A DNA stretch of 63,098 bases, counting the filler, from Intoshia linei (Eukaryota; Animalia; Orthonectida), in NCBI GenBank assembly GCA_001642005.1. It is 6 parts of 6 records of this genome, joined end to end, with 100 filler letters (N's around TTAATTAATTAA, not from the genome) between each part and the next. Parts side by side here need not be neighbours in the genome. Positions count along the whole stretch, not along the records: positions 45,492 to 55,541 come from LWCA01001305.1; positions 55,642 to 60,355 come from LWCA01001882.1; positions 60,456 to 63,098 come from LWCA01002257.1; 3 more parts are not named here. One strand, 5' to 3'. The notes beneath the pieces were generated by a model. It made no database searches and had not been told where the DNA came from. It was given only the letters and a program-made list of their open reading frames with translations. Position 1 is the stretch's first letter. Each line of letters opens with the position of its first letter. Made by a program: the position numbers and the translations under genes. Positions 50,780-63,098 of this stretch are shown piece after piece.

Positions 50780-51480
50780 TATTATTATTATTACAAATAG
50801 AAATATTAACTATTTGAGAAGATCTTGAATCCATCGTAAATTTGTACCCGATTAATGTTTCGATTGTCTAATCGTAATTAAAGGTTTATGGTCAGTTATT
50901 ACTGTAAAACGTTTCTCGTTGACGTATCTAATTAATTTTTTTATACTCAATAAATAGCCAACAATTCTTTCTTAGGTGTGCTATAATTTTTCTATGAACT
51001 ATTTAAAATCTTACTATCAAATTGTATCGGTTGTCCATCTTGAGTCAAAGTGGAACTTAATCCTGTATTTGAAGCGTCGGTTTCTACAGTAAATAGTCGT
51101 GACCAATCCGGATAATTTATCATGACATTAAATTTTAATAAATCTTTTAACAATGTATAGTAATGTTTGTAATGTGCCTGTTGGCATTCTATTGTCCAAT
51201 GAAATTTTACATTTTTTCTCTTCAGATTAACTAATGTATCTGAAATACTTAACTTCTATTTTAGTGGTATCTGCAACTGACAACGATTCCCCTGAAAGTT
51301 GTTTTAGGGAAATTGCAAATCTCTTCTAAAAGTTTTGCAACCAGTAAGTTTATTGAACAATGAAATGATTGTTTGTATCCAACAACAACTTTTGAACACT
51401 TTTTAAACGATTTTTCAAATTTGATAAGTACTTAAAAATATGTTCATTGTTCAAAAATGACTATATTCATATCATAAAAT
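50780..51480 (-). mobile_element. Gypsy RT/RNase H relic
   Basis: Minus-strand PDWSRLFTVETDASNTGL. Degenerate. Confidence 0.65.
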
Positions 51481-51577
51481 ATCTAAGCTACATGCATTGT
51501 TTCGTAAAAGTTCCATGCCTGAAATCACGTCAAATTTATTATCAATCACTTCTGTGAAATTATCAATAATACTACAT

Positions 51578-52200
51578 TTAGCCGTCATAACGGTAACGTA
51601 CAAACAGCATATAGCTCTGCCGAGGGCACTCGTTTATTATACCAAAAAAATAAATTCACGTTGAAAATCTAACTTAAAAATCCTACTATTCACTATTATC
51701 CATAAACAAGTGGTTCCCAAACTTGTTTCAGGTGGAACCATCATATGACATTACTATTGAAAATCTAACTTAAAAATCCTACTATTCACTATTATCAATT
51801 CTTTAAAGGATTTCCCTTTTTTGTTTCATTTAAATTTGTTTAAGGTGGAACCGTCATATCACATTACTTTTTACTTTAAAGTGAATTATTCCATCTTAAT
51901 TTTTTTGTTTAACATTTGCGTAAAAAATTTTAAAAACAATTATTATCCCATTTTTTTAATTTATTAGACAGAATGTGTGTATAATATTAAAAATAAAGTA
52001 AAAACAGTCCAATCCTAAAAATTGTCATAAATAGCATAAATTCCAAAAAAATAAAATTAGTCCAATACTAAAAATTGTCATAAAGGTGTGAGTTTTGGAA
52101 ATTGAAATTTATATTATTATATGTAAAAATTGTCATAAATAGCATAAATGTCAAAAAAAATAAAATTATAAAAACCTATTTTGTCATTTTCAATGTGATG
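51578..52200 (-). mobile_element. Helitron family copy with local internal duplications
   Basis: CGTACAAACAGCATATAGCTCTGCCGAGGG. 51840-52060 closely matches the reverse complement of ~1470-1690, and TTGAAAATCTAACTTAAAAATCCTACTATTCACTATTATC occurs twice. Confidence 0.75.
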
Positions 52201-54601
52201 ACATATATTCAGTACCAATTTAATAAATACTTAAAAATACCAATTGTGTATCAATAATTAATTTAATCTTTACTTTATAAATATTTCAGTCGAAATTTAC
52301 CATTATTGCAAAGGATTGTAATACAAAAATTGGATTATCTACTGAAAATTTTCCTAAATTTAAATCAGAATGAATACAGTATGATGATTAATTAAAAAAA
52401 CAATTGTTGTCTTACCTATTTCGGATATCATATTCTCTTTGAGACTCATTGAGACATCTCATTTTCATTATTTTGGATTGTTAGCTACTGAATATAGTTT
52501 TTCTTTTTACCATTTTATGTTAAATTTGTAACAATTATTAATAAAAAAATAAACACGTTTCAGTTAGTATAAATTTAATTTTTTATTTTATATTACGTTG
52601 CTGTAATAGTAGTTGTTGTCATGTCATAAAAAAATTAAAGTTTACCAAATTTTTTGAAAATAAAAATTTGAAATTTAAAAATTGCGTAGCAATGAAAAAT
52701 CATTCCGAAGGAATGAATTATATAGATTTTCACGCATATGTCTTTATTGGAAACGTGTAGACGTATAATGCACATTTTTTTTGAAATTGTAGGATCAATA
52801 TTTACATTTTTGATTTTAATCAAAATATTTGGAAAAATATTGGTTGATAATATATTAAAAATTATTTTTCATTTATTATATTATTATATTATTATACATC
52901 ATATTAATTTTACGCTTTCGATAACATGACCATTACATAAAGTAACTTGAATCAACATTCGTATGTAGAATTTGTAAATGTAACGTAATGATAAACTAAC
53001 GATAAATTAACTTGAACTCAATTTCTTCGTCTTCCTTGGTAATAGCGTCTTGACGCTACACACCCATTGATATTTTTGATATTAAATATTAGATATTCAT
53101 ACGTAACATACTGATAGACTCACCAAAATTTCTATTGTGCTTGAACATAAATTAAATTTAAATAAATATTTTATAGATAACAAAAAATACATAAAAATTT
53201 TAACTATAATAATTTTAGAACCAAACATAGTGTTCCTGGTACAACCTTAATTAGCAAAATTAAAATTTATTTGTTGAAATATTTTAATTCACAAGTTAAT
53301 CAAACCTGTCATAAATGCCTGCATAATATTATTCATGAAACTGGAAACTTTTGTGATGTTCATTTTATAGATATAGACCTTTACTTAAATAATCAGGTTT
53401 AAATTATTAATTATTTAACGTATCCCACATTCCGGTAATTCAATAGCACATGATTAACATTAACATGTAAATAAACAACTTATTTTCAATTATAATATCG
53501 ATGTACTACAAGATGAGGAATAAAATTTTAAGTATCATATTATTTTTCATTGGTGTCAAGTTTTTAAAAACTACCCGAATGAAAAAGTTTTCATAAATGA
53601 TAAATCAAATATAATACATAAAATATTTGTGGATTATAAATAATTAAACTGGAAAATGACCACTTTGATTCTGATTACTATTAATTACATTAAACTATGT
53701 AATCTTATTTACTCTAATCCTGTTAGGTATACATCAATCAGAAACCTAACCTAATCTAACAATAAATAAGTTAATTGTTCTGGATTCTTTTAATTTCTAA
53801 ATTTCAATCGAAATGTTAAATTTTCTAGTGCTCTTTAAAAAAAATTTTAACATACTGTTAAATTTTATAATTATTTTTTAATTTAGTTAATCAAAGAAAA
53901 TACGCTTGTAACTGTGAAATATTGCATTAGAAACAGTAGTGATGAATTTAAATTTAAATTTAAATTGATAGTTTAAGATATCATTTTTATATAAAATTTA
54001 ATAAATTTTACAAAATTGGTACTAGTCATACCTTGAAAACGAATCAACGTCACTAAATTCGATGTCTTTTTTATTACATTTGTGGAGTTTTAGAGGTATG
54101 AGTATGAGTGAGAGTATCTAAAAATTAATATTATATTTTACAATATAGTGGTCGCTCTCAAGAGTGACATCTTTTACTTTAATATTCATGGATACATCTC
54201 AACAACATATAATATGATTTTAGATACGATTATTCAATTACCACCACTATTATCTATATTAATTAGTTAATTATAGTTTATATATTATAGTTAATTATAT
54301 TTTATGTTTTTATTCATAAAAATTACATCATGGTGAAATAATAAAAAAGTTAAATAATTAACTTCATAATTAAATATAGTGTTGAAAACAGCTATATCAT
54401 CATCAGCCAGTTGTGCTTCCAATGAGTCATATTGTCAAATGTACCCAAAATTTAAAAACCGGTTTATCGTAGCTTCGAATTAGGGTTAAAAGCAGTAAAA
54501 TAATTTCAGTAAAAATAATACATTTAACTACACCTTGTAACATGTATAAAGTATTGCGAAAAGATATATATGTAATGTATATGTATGTATAATGTATATA
54601 T

Positions 54602-54790
54602 ATGAGTTTTGCAACACGATCCGAACAAGAACTTCATTATCAAATGCATCGTCGATTAGCCAACGAATTACTGTTAAAAAAATGTGTAATTGGAATTAAT
54701 GAAATAAAAGTGTTAGGTCATCTGATGAACAAAATTGGTGTTATGGTGACCCATCTAAAGTATCGTATAGCGATGAAGTATACCCACTAG
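54602..54790 (+). mobile_element. Small retrotransposon RT relic
   Basis: KKCVIGINEIKVLGHLM resembles the Gypsy RT C-terminal motif, as at 45570-45610. Confidence 0.45.
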
Positions 54791-56223
54791 GGTGTTACCC
54801 TTTTTGATCGAATTTTAGAAATTAAAAAAATACAAGGCCGTACAGTATGACAGTATGAGTGAGTATGAGAAGTGCTATGTATAAATATATAAAAATAACA
54901 TCTGCGGTGTTTTTTTTTAATATTATTACAAAAACATCGGTCTGCTCTGCAATTTAAAAATACCCATAATATTTTGACCTGAAATTTATTATTATTATTA
55001 TATTATTTTTTATGATTATTATTAATTTCAAGTCAATTAACGGTGTCATTATCTAATTCACCGTCAATGCATGTAATGGATCTAATTTTTGTAGACATTT
55101 GAAAGTATTTATGATACTGAAATAGTATAAATGAATTTTTTTAATAGAAGTGGAAAGGTTGCTCTTTAGGAGTGAATTCTATGGTAGAACACCTAACAGT
55201 GAAAAAATATACATATGATGCAACAAACTTTTTTTAATTATATCATTATGATACAACTTACAACCATACAACTTGTATGGGTCCAACAGTTACAAATTTG
55301 GCTTTCTTAAAATATTATTAACCTTATGCCCGTTTTGTATAATTTTTGTGAGATTTTTTATACGAATTACAATTTTTTTCAATAATGTTGCTTCTCAAAG
55401 ATATCTACATGATGCTAACCTATACTTCTGTCAACCGTTATTTACATATTTATTGAGGGTTCTTTTTATTTTACAGGTAGAATATAAAAGACATGAAACA
55501 TTACAATCTGATTAGAATCAAAATAATTATTATTTTTTCATNNNNNNNNNNNNNNNNNNNNNNNNNNNNNNNNNNNNNNNNNNNNTTAATTAATTAANNN
55601 NNNNNNNNNNNNNNNNNNNNNNNNNNNNNNNNNNNNNNNNNTTCGTTAAATACCAGATATTTAGGCATTTATATAGAAAATAAAATTTCGACGTTTGTTA
55701 AACAAAAGATTCGTTAAATGAGATTTTGACTGTACAGTGGAAATTTGATTCTGAAAACACTTGTTAATACATACAGCAAATACTAAATTTAACTTTATAT
55801 TTCAAGATAATATAAAAACTTCATATTGAATTGATATCGAGTATTGTGTATAAAATAGAGTAATCTATGCTATAATTTATTAATTTTATTTTTCAAAAAA
55901 CTGCTGATTTCTCAAAAATACGAAAAGGACCGCAATTTATTAAAATAATGTTTATGAAACAGAATATTGCCGCGTTTTTAATTTATTCGTTATTTAAAAA
56001 AATTAAAAATCTATAATTTTATAATCATACTGTAGTATACCAGGGTTCAATTATGCGGTCTGCATTATCACAAAATTTTTAGAGTTGTTTTAGTAATAAA
56101 AAATATTTCATAAATGTATTGTGTAATTTAGCTGTATGTATTATCAAGATTCCACTGTATTTGGTTTAAATTATAATTACAAATGAGAATCAAGTTTAAT
56201 TTAGATAGAAAAATAAAAATTTT

Positions 56224-56297
56224 ATTTGTTTACTCAATTATCACTCACTATTACGTGAACATTTGTTTACTCAATTATCACTCACTATTACGTGAAC
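56224..56297 (+). repeat. Perfect 37-bp tandem duplication just upstream of the AAA ATPase ATG
   Basis: ATTTGTTTACTCAATTATCACTCACTATTACGTGAAC x2. Confidence 0.9.
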
Positions 56298-56321
56298 ATT
56301 TATTTATTGATCCAGTGCTAG

Positions 56322-58514
56322 ATGGATTTTGGATTTATTCGTAAAACCTCACTAAATACCACAGAAAATTGTAAATGTAAATATGTCGGCTTTAATTTTT
56401 CCTCTTGTTGTAATCCTAGTGAATTTGACTTGAAAATAAAATGCAAATTTAAATCTCGATATATGCGAGTTTTAATGAAAACGAAATGTCGAAATGTGAT
56501 TTATATAAATAACGAAATTGCAAAATCGTGGGAAATAATATCTGGACAAATTGTATTATTGGACAAATTATACTCGTACACGGTAAAAACATTTAATTAC
56601 GACATGGTCAAAAACACTGGAATTGAAAAGGATGCAGCCTACATTACATATGGTTACGGAGATATGTATGTATGTACAAACAAAGAAGTAATGTTGTTAA
56701 GTATAATTAAAAACTCTGAGTCTTTAAAATGTGTCGGAATTACTTGTGACCCCTTGGCGTTGGAAAGTGACATTTGTAGTTTTCTAAATAACAAGTATAT
56801 TTCTATTGGTATGAGATTAACCTTAAAAATTGATACGAATTACTTTAAAATTAATATCAATGAGATTGAAGGAATTCAAAATACAAACTATAGTCATTAT
56901 GTTACAAAATTAACAAAATTTAACATTAAAAATAAAACTACAGAAACAAATTATACCTTAAAATATTCACCCATTGATATACAGTTTAAAAATTTTGTTG
57001 GTATGGGTGATGAAAAGTATTTAATGAATCAGATTATCAATGCCAAATTATTTACATTGGAAAAGAAGGAAATTATGAGAAATTCCGAATATAATTTAAT
57101 AAAGTGTTGCATAATTTCGTCGATTATCGGTGGCGGAAAGTCTCTGTTTTTGGATGAAATTAAAAAGAGTGTTGTTGGCAGGGTGAATTGTATTGAAATA
57201 GCATATGGTGATTCCATTCAATTTTTGACGTCTCTCAGTACTTTTAAGAGGGACACGATGACCATCATATTTATTGATGAAATTGATATAATTTTTGAGT
57301 GTACCTCAGCTATTACCGCCCAAATTTGTAAAGAAATTGATAACGTTAATGATGCTACTACCCTCATAATTGGAACAACTAGTAGTTTCAGTAATTTACC
57401 TTTAAGAATAAAAAAATATGGCCGAATGGGCTTTGTAATCAACTTGAAAATGGCTACATTAAATGATAAAATAGAAATCATTAAAAGGTGTGTTGAGCGC
57501 GATTATCCAAACCATAAATTAGTTTATTTTGATTTTAAACAGATTGCCAGAAAAACAAATAGTTATAGCCATTCTGATTTGGTTGAATTGTATAAACTAG
57601 CCAATACTCATTGTGCTTCTAAAAATACAAAACATATATCCATTAGCGATTTTGAATTTGCTCTAAATCTCATTAGACCTGTCCTATTGTCGTCTGATGT
57701 CACTATAATCTCACCCAATGTAGCTAAATCGGAAATTGTTGGGATGGATGATTTGTTTGACTTGTTTTCTAAAATTATAGTCTGGCCCAATAAACACAAA
57801 AAATTATTCAAAAAATTTAACCTAAAACGCACTCACGGAGTACTCCTTTACGGTCCACCTGGTTGTTGTAAATCCATGATTGTTCGAGCTTTAGCGACGG
57901 AATTTAATATAAATTTAATTTACGTCAGAGGACCAGAGTTGCGTGAAAAATGGGTGGGTTCATCTGAAAAAAACTTGCGAGACATTTTTCGGAAAGCCAG
58001 AAGTTGCGCTCCAAGTATTTTATTTTTTGATGAAATTGACTCAATTTCTCAAAATAGAGAAACTTTTCAATATCGTAATGAAAATACGGTTAGTCAATTA
58101 CTTTGTGAAATGGACACTTTGGCCAATGTACAAGATGTTTTGTTTGTTGGCGCCACTAATTTACCTCATAATATCGATGAAGCTCTTTTGAGGAGTGGGA
58201 GGTTGGACAAAAAAGTTTACGTTAGATTGCCTAATTTTATTACAAGATGCAACCTTTTTAGAAAATTATTGAAACCTACTCTGGGTAAGTTTAATTTTAA
58301 ATTATTGGCTGATAATACCAACATGTACTCTGGTGCTGAAATTATTTCCATTTGTCATGAATCTATTCTTCAAGCTATTCAGGAAAATTCAACTGATGAT
58401 TGTCAGGTTTGCATGCGGCATTTATTGTATAATATTGAAAATCTCAAGGATGCTAAAAAGGTTAATACGATGTTACTAAAGTATGAGGAATTTGAACAAC
58501 AGTGGCCCAATTAA
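56322..58514 (+). CDS. CDC48-family tandem AAA+ ATPase, most like AFG2/SPATA5(L1), intronless
   Basis: 730-aa ORF. D2 GVLLYGPPGCCKS, GPEL..KWVGSSE, KARSCAPSILFFDEID, ATNLP..IDEALLRSGRLD. D1 degenerate (SSIIGGGKS, IFIDEID). Confidence 0.85.
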   Translation: MDFGFIRKTSLNTTENCKCKYVGFNFSSCCNPSEFDLKIKCKFKSRYMRVLMKTKCRNVIYINNEIAKSWEIISGQIVLLDKLYSYTVKTFNYDMVKNTGIEKDAAYITYGYGDMYVCTNKEVMLLSIIKNSESLKCVGITCDPLALESDICSFLNNKYISIGMRLTLKIDTNYFKININEIEGIQNTNYSHYVTKLTKFNIKNKTTETNYTLKYSPIDIQFKNFVGMGDEKYLMNQIINAKLFTLEKKEIMRNSEYNLIKCCIISSIIGGGKSLFLDEIKKSVVGRVNCIEIAYGDSIQFLTSLSTFKRDTMTIIFIDEIDIIFECTSAITAQICKEIDNVNDATTLIIGTTSSFSNLPLRIKKYGRMGFVINLKMATLNDKIEIIKRCVERDYPNHKLVYFDFKQIARKTNSYSHSDLVELYKLANTHCASKNTKHISISDFEFALNLIRPVLLSSDVTIISPNVAKSEIVGMDDLFDLFSKIIVWPNKHKKLFKKFNLKRTHGVLLYGPPGCCKSMIVRALATEFNINLIYVRGPELREKWVGSSEKNLRDIFRKARSCAPSILFFDEIDSISQNRETFQYRNENTVSQLLCEMDTLANVQDVLFVGATNLPHNIDEALLRSGRLDKKVYVRLPNFITRCNLFRKLLKPTLGKFNFKLLADNTNMYSGAEIISICHESILQAIQENSTDDCQVCMRHLLYNIENLKDAKKVNTMLLKYEEFEQQWPN

Positions 58515-58985
58515 TTTTTGATTTTTATAATCTTATTTTCAATAAATCTGAGTGTGTTAATGATTTAATCATTTTTAACAATTGGTATTGTATTGCTTAT
58601 GATGATGTATTCAATTTGATGAAGATTCAAAAATGACTATGATTCTAAATTAATTAAAATATTTGTTTTAATTTTTTCAATGTATTTACTAGTTTTATAT
58701 AAATCTGTCGGTGTACAAAAAAACATAATAGATATATTAAACATATATTATTATATATTTTAAACATTTATTATAAAATTTTGAATTTTTTGATTGACAG
58801 TTGCAATTCATATTAGTCAATTTAAACTTATTTCATGTCATATCCAAATAGCAACTCAATTTTGATTAGTTAATTTTATTTGGCCTATATTTCGGAAATT
58901 AGATTTAATTATCTATTTATATTTTATCAGTCAGTATGAAGCTGTAACATTTATTAAATTTATCCTCACAAAGTATAATATAGCA

Positions 58986-59167
58986 CAGCGTTTCCCAAAT
59001 GCCGGTCCGCGATCGATAGTGGTCCGTGAAAAATATTTACTAATTAGAAGACTATATGTTATAGTTTTTATCAATTTTTTAGGTTGCTAAGTAATTTAGC
59101 TGTAATGGTCTGCGATACATTTTATAATTTATTAATGGTCCACCGTAAAAAAAGTGTGGGAACCCTG
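58986..59167. mobile_element. hAT-type MITE
   Basis: CAGCGTTTCCCAAA...GTGGGAACCCTG with imperfect 8-bp flanks ATATAGCA / ATATAATA. Confidence 0.55.
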
Positions 59168-60779
59168 ATATAATAGTTTATTAGCTATAATAAAAAACAT
59201 TTCTGAGTACCACCGAAAATTCTCTGTGGACTACGTTGAGAATCACTGATGTAGCGCTCCAACAATACATCGGTCAAATGTATTTCGCTCAACTGAATGT
59301 TCACCAATTTTGACATGTCATACTACAAATGTAAATTAGTAATTGTTTTAAATTTAAATTTAGGTGAATGCTCAAAAAAGTTTGAGAATCGCTTTTTTAA
59401 TGTGTAGCAAGACAAAATATGTTGCGTCACGAGAATTTTAACTATAATTCAAAAATTGAATAAAACTTGTATTTGTAACAAATTCGGGTGATTAATTTTA
59501 ATTTATAAACTTCAAACAAACAAATTACTAATTGTTCTGTAGAGTAATTTTAATAATATTAAAACATTTGGTACTGTTCCATCAAAACCCAGTCAAATTT
59601 TTCGGGAAGATAGATTAGAAGTGTTAACATATTTTTGTACATATTGGGTGCGCCGCCAAATGTTTCATTACTTTGAGTGCACTACAACAGTAAAAATTTG
59701 GGAACCACTGCCTTAGATGCTGCGAGTCACGTTTAAATAAAAACAATTTGAAAAACAAATTTAAATCAAGTTCTTGGTAAAGAAATATAAATTAATTTAC
59801 ATACTATACATTTGAAATGACCCGTCTGAGGTTGAAATTTTGTATTTTTATAGTTTCAGTTATTAACTGAGAAATTATAAAAATACTTACTGCTATACAA
59901 CTTTGTAATTTATGAATATTTTATGAAAAATTGTTAATTAAAATTTTTATTTGCGAATAAGTTTTAATTTATGAATTGCAAATACCAATATAGTAAGTAC
60001 AATTATTGCAAAAACCACACCAAAATAACTGTCACTATCATTACCAGATAATTTACGAATATGCGACTGTTTTTAGTTGCATTGATAAGTGTATCATTTG
60101 TTTTCAAATTTCATGGTGGTAGTCAAATTTTAGACAAGATATTATTGCAGAATTCAAATATATAACTATCATTATTCTTTACATTTTCGTCATTTTCCGC
60201 AAAAAAATTATATATTGTAATTTTAATTCCGAAAATTTAAAAAAAAAAGATTATTTTGATAGAATTTATTCCAATTGATATAAATACAAAATTTTAACCC
60301 CAGAAATCTACGCATTCCCGGCGAAAAATAATTTTTAATATATTATCAACCAATANNNNNNNNNNNNNNNNNNNNNNNNNNNNNNNNNNNNNNNNNNNNT
60401 TAATTAATTAANNNNNNNNNNNNNNNNNNNNNNNNNNNNNNNNNNNNNNNNNNNNAAAGTTTGACGATTTAATCTGTTTATATCGATTGTATTCAATTTT
60501 AATGGGGGCGCTTTTATGTGAAAATTTTATAAGGGGGGGCACTGGAAAATAAAAGGTTATGGAACACTGATGTAAAGCAAAAACTACTTATCTATAATGA
60601 CGAATAAACTAAAAGTGATAGTACGTATTTTTCTTGACACTTTACATTAGAGTCAAAACGTTCCACAAAAAATGTAATGTAAAATGGTTTGCAACACTTA
60701 AAATTAAAGGCCAAACAATCTGATATTTTGTATAAAAAAATTAAATTATCACATTGATAATAAATTAAATAATTATGTG

Positions 60780-61702
60780 TTTTAGATGGATATGGAATTT
60801 GCAAATTAACAATTTCTCCATACATGGTCAACGAAGAGTATTTTAAGATGTTGACAAAACAAAGCACTACAAAGAAAAAATAAACATTTTAATTTTTAAA
60901 AGTGATGGTATTTTTGAGGGCACGATTAATTTTGGCAGATTTTTCCTTGTCGTAATTGAGAATAGATATTGTAGTTTTTAAATTATTGACACTTCGTTTA
61001 TTTATACTGGATTCCAGATTGTCTTTAACTAGTAAAAGTTTTTTTTCCAAAACATTTATTCTGCTCTGTAATTTTACCTAAACAATTGTTGAATATGAAA
61101 TTAATAAAATAAAAGTACCATAAGGGGTACTAAAATTAATCATTTTTAAATGTGAGAGAATTAGATTAAATTTAAAATTCCAAAGTAATTTTAGAACCAC
61201 GAATTAATTTGATTAACATTCATTAGAAAATATTACCTGAGTATCCACCATACAAGAGTATTCAATAAATGATTCTTCCAACATAAACTGCAAATCTTCC
61301 TTTTCTTCTTGACAAAGAAGTGGATAAATTATATTACATCTTGTGCTATTTTTTTGTAATTTCTTGGGCTAAACTAAATATATCATTTACCAAAAAGGGC
61401 TTTAAATCAACCTTCATGAAAAGATTCAAACTATTTTCAAATCCTGTTAATTTATTTTCCAATAATTCAATATCAAAAATATTCATTCTAGATTCATCAG
61501 ACTCTAACATATTTTTAATGTCATCTCTATAAGAAATGGATTTTAATTTAACATTAAATGGTTCATTCAGACTACAACGATCTCGAGATTTCGCATTTAT
61601 TCGTTTTGAAATTATATTTACAGATGATTTACTCAATATTGGAACTGTATCAATGAAATCTCTAGCTTTTATTTTTGAATTTCTCTCTTTTATTTTAGGC
61701 AT
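60780..61702 (-). CDS. Unknown spliced protein with coiled-coil character (3' end unresolved)
   Basis: MPKIKERNSK... ORF 61346-61702, with further exon-like blocks ~61237-61320 (LLCQEEKEDLQFMLEESFIEY) and ~60920-61077 (VKLQSRINVLEKKLLLVKDNLE) bounded by GT/AG. Confidence 0.5.
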
Positions 61703-62457
61703 AAAGAAAATAAAAACTGAGATAAATATAACAATTTATTGTTTGTACAGGTGAATAAATATTAAATTTTATTTTGAAATGTTAAACAAACCAATGCTGT
61801 TGAATTTTCTGCTAATTTTTTGTTTTTATGGCTAAAAAGATAGTTATTCTGATGGGAAATTGAAATAAGCAATAGAGTTGGAAAACGTTGTTTAACGGTC
61901 GTGGAAAAGTGGGGATAGGGCCCATATGGCCCGGTCTACTTTTTTAATGTTTAGTTAATGAACTACCGATTAATAAATGTATAGAAGTCCTATTTTAAAA
62001 AAAAATATAGGGCTTTCAATTTCCATCTAACCGGATCTACTCTGGCTCTCCACGGCCCTGAATGTATGACATTTTATTTTTCTCATATAATTCAACAAAG
62101 TTGTCAACTCTAATTCGCAATTACCCCACACTTGACTGGTATTGTACACTGTTTACATCAATAATTGAATAAAATAATTTTTTTAGTTGAAACTAAGAAA
62201 TTATAGTTAACCAAGTTAAATTTTTAAGTACCGTGTTATAGGCAATGTTTTCTAATTTGTATTCTTGGTGAAGTAGAGATTTGGGAGATAAGAGTTTCAC
62301 GTCTCTAAGATAATTATCAAAATTTAATAAATAATAATAGACACACTGTAAAACCAACCAAAGTCAAATGAAATCTCTGAAAAGTTAAATAAATATTTTA
62401 CTTAATCGATTTAATTTATTACTTATTATTACTAATATTGTCCATATTAAATATATA

Positions 62458-63098
62458 TTAGGTGATTCACAAAGTTATGTCGTTTTTATTGATACATTTG
62501 ATTAGAAACGCTTTATCACCGATAAGATTTCACATATTTCGAAATATAGAATATTTTTTAACAATCATGTGTACGACCACATCAGATGAGAACGTAATTT
62601 ATTTAAATCTATATTTATTCAATGGCCATTTAGACGAATGATTTTGAGGGACATTTACGTCATATTTTACTGCATGAGTACTTTAAGGACTTTAGTGCAG
62701 TGTTAGCTACCAAAAATATATGTGCTGTGTACGGTAAGGATGTTTTAATTGACATAAAATGTCAAAGATGGTTTAAAAGATTTTGAGATGAAAACTACAC
62801 CCTAATGGATTTCCAACGTTCAGGTAGACCTTTAACTGTTGATATTAATCAAATAAAACATGAATTAAAAAAATCTCCAAATCAAACATGTCAATCGCTT
62901 TCCATTGTTGTCAGCTGTTTAGAAACCAGTGCCTTTAATTGTTTGAAACGTTTACAAAAAGTGAATAAGTGTGGAATATGGGTACCCCACTTATTAACGA
63001 TTCAACATAAATTAAATAGAAAAAATTTTGTCAGTTATTACTATCCAGACTAAAAAATGAACCGTTTTTAGAAAATATTGTGACTGGTGATGAAAAAT
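62458..63098 (+). mobile_element. Mariner transposon, defective, runs off the window end
   Basis: TA|TTAGGTGATTCACAAAGTTATGTCG TIR, HLRHILLHEY, RSGRP, GIWVPHLLT, IVTGDE. In-frame stops and a frameshift. Confidence 0.9.

Noticed and set aside
54135-54170. Possible retroelement primer-binding site (TGGTCGCTCTCAAGAG)
   Set aside because: Could not match it to a specific tRNA 3' end or define an adjacent LTR.

Overview
AT-rich eukaryotic (animal) genomic scaffold, not prokaryotic. Genes are compact, with many very short (~30-60 nt) GT-AG introns and sub-100-bp intergenic spacers, which fits a reduced parasitic invertebrate genome such as the orthonectid Intoshia (inference only). Genes in order: EF-hand protein (+), ZNF474-like C2HC zinc-finger protein (+), intronless DnaJ protein (-), BUD23 (+), NCX/SLC8 Na+/Ca2+ exchanger (-), 3' part of phosphorylase kinase alpha (+), NSF (+), a LAR-type receptor tyrosine phosphatase (+), a very divergent HIP1/Sla2-like ANTH protein (+), an intronless AFG2/SPATA5-like AAA ATPase (+) and an unknown spliced gene (-). 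Long introns and intergenic DNA are filled with transposon debris: a non-autonomous Helitron family (about 10 copies or fragments), hAT elements and MITEs, mariner/Tc1/pogo relics and Gypsy relics. Five 100-nt scaffold gaps carry an artificial TTAATTAATTAA linker. The most interesting observations are the LAR orthologue with a WPD-to-WPN D1 domain and a degenerate D2 domain, a cryptic terminal exon at the conserved LAR mini-exon-B intron that could give a secreted 2-Ig isoform, Helitron copies carrying captured sequence, and a PHKA lacking its CaaX motif. I found no clear evidence of a wholly new multi-gene system. Exon boundaries were derived by hand and are approximate unless stated.
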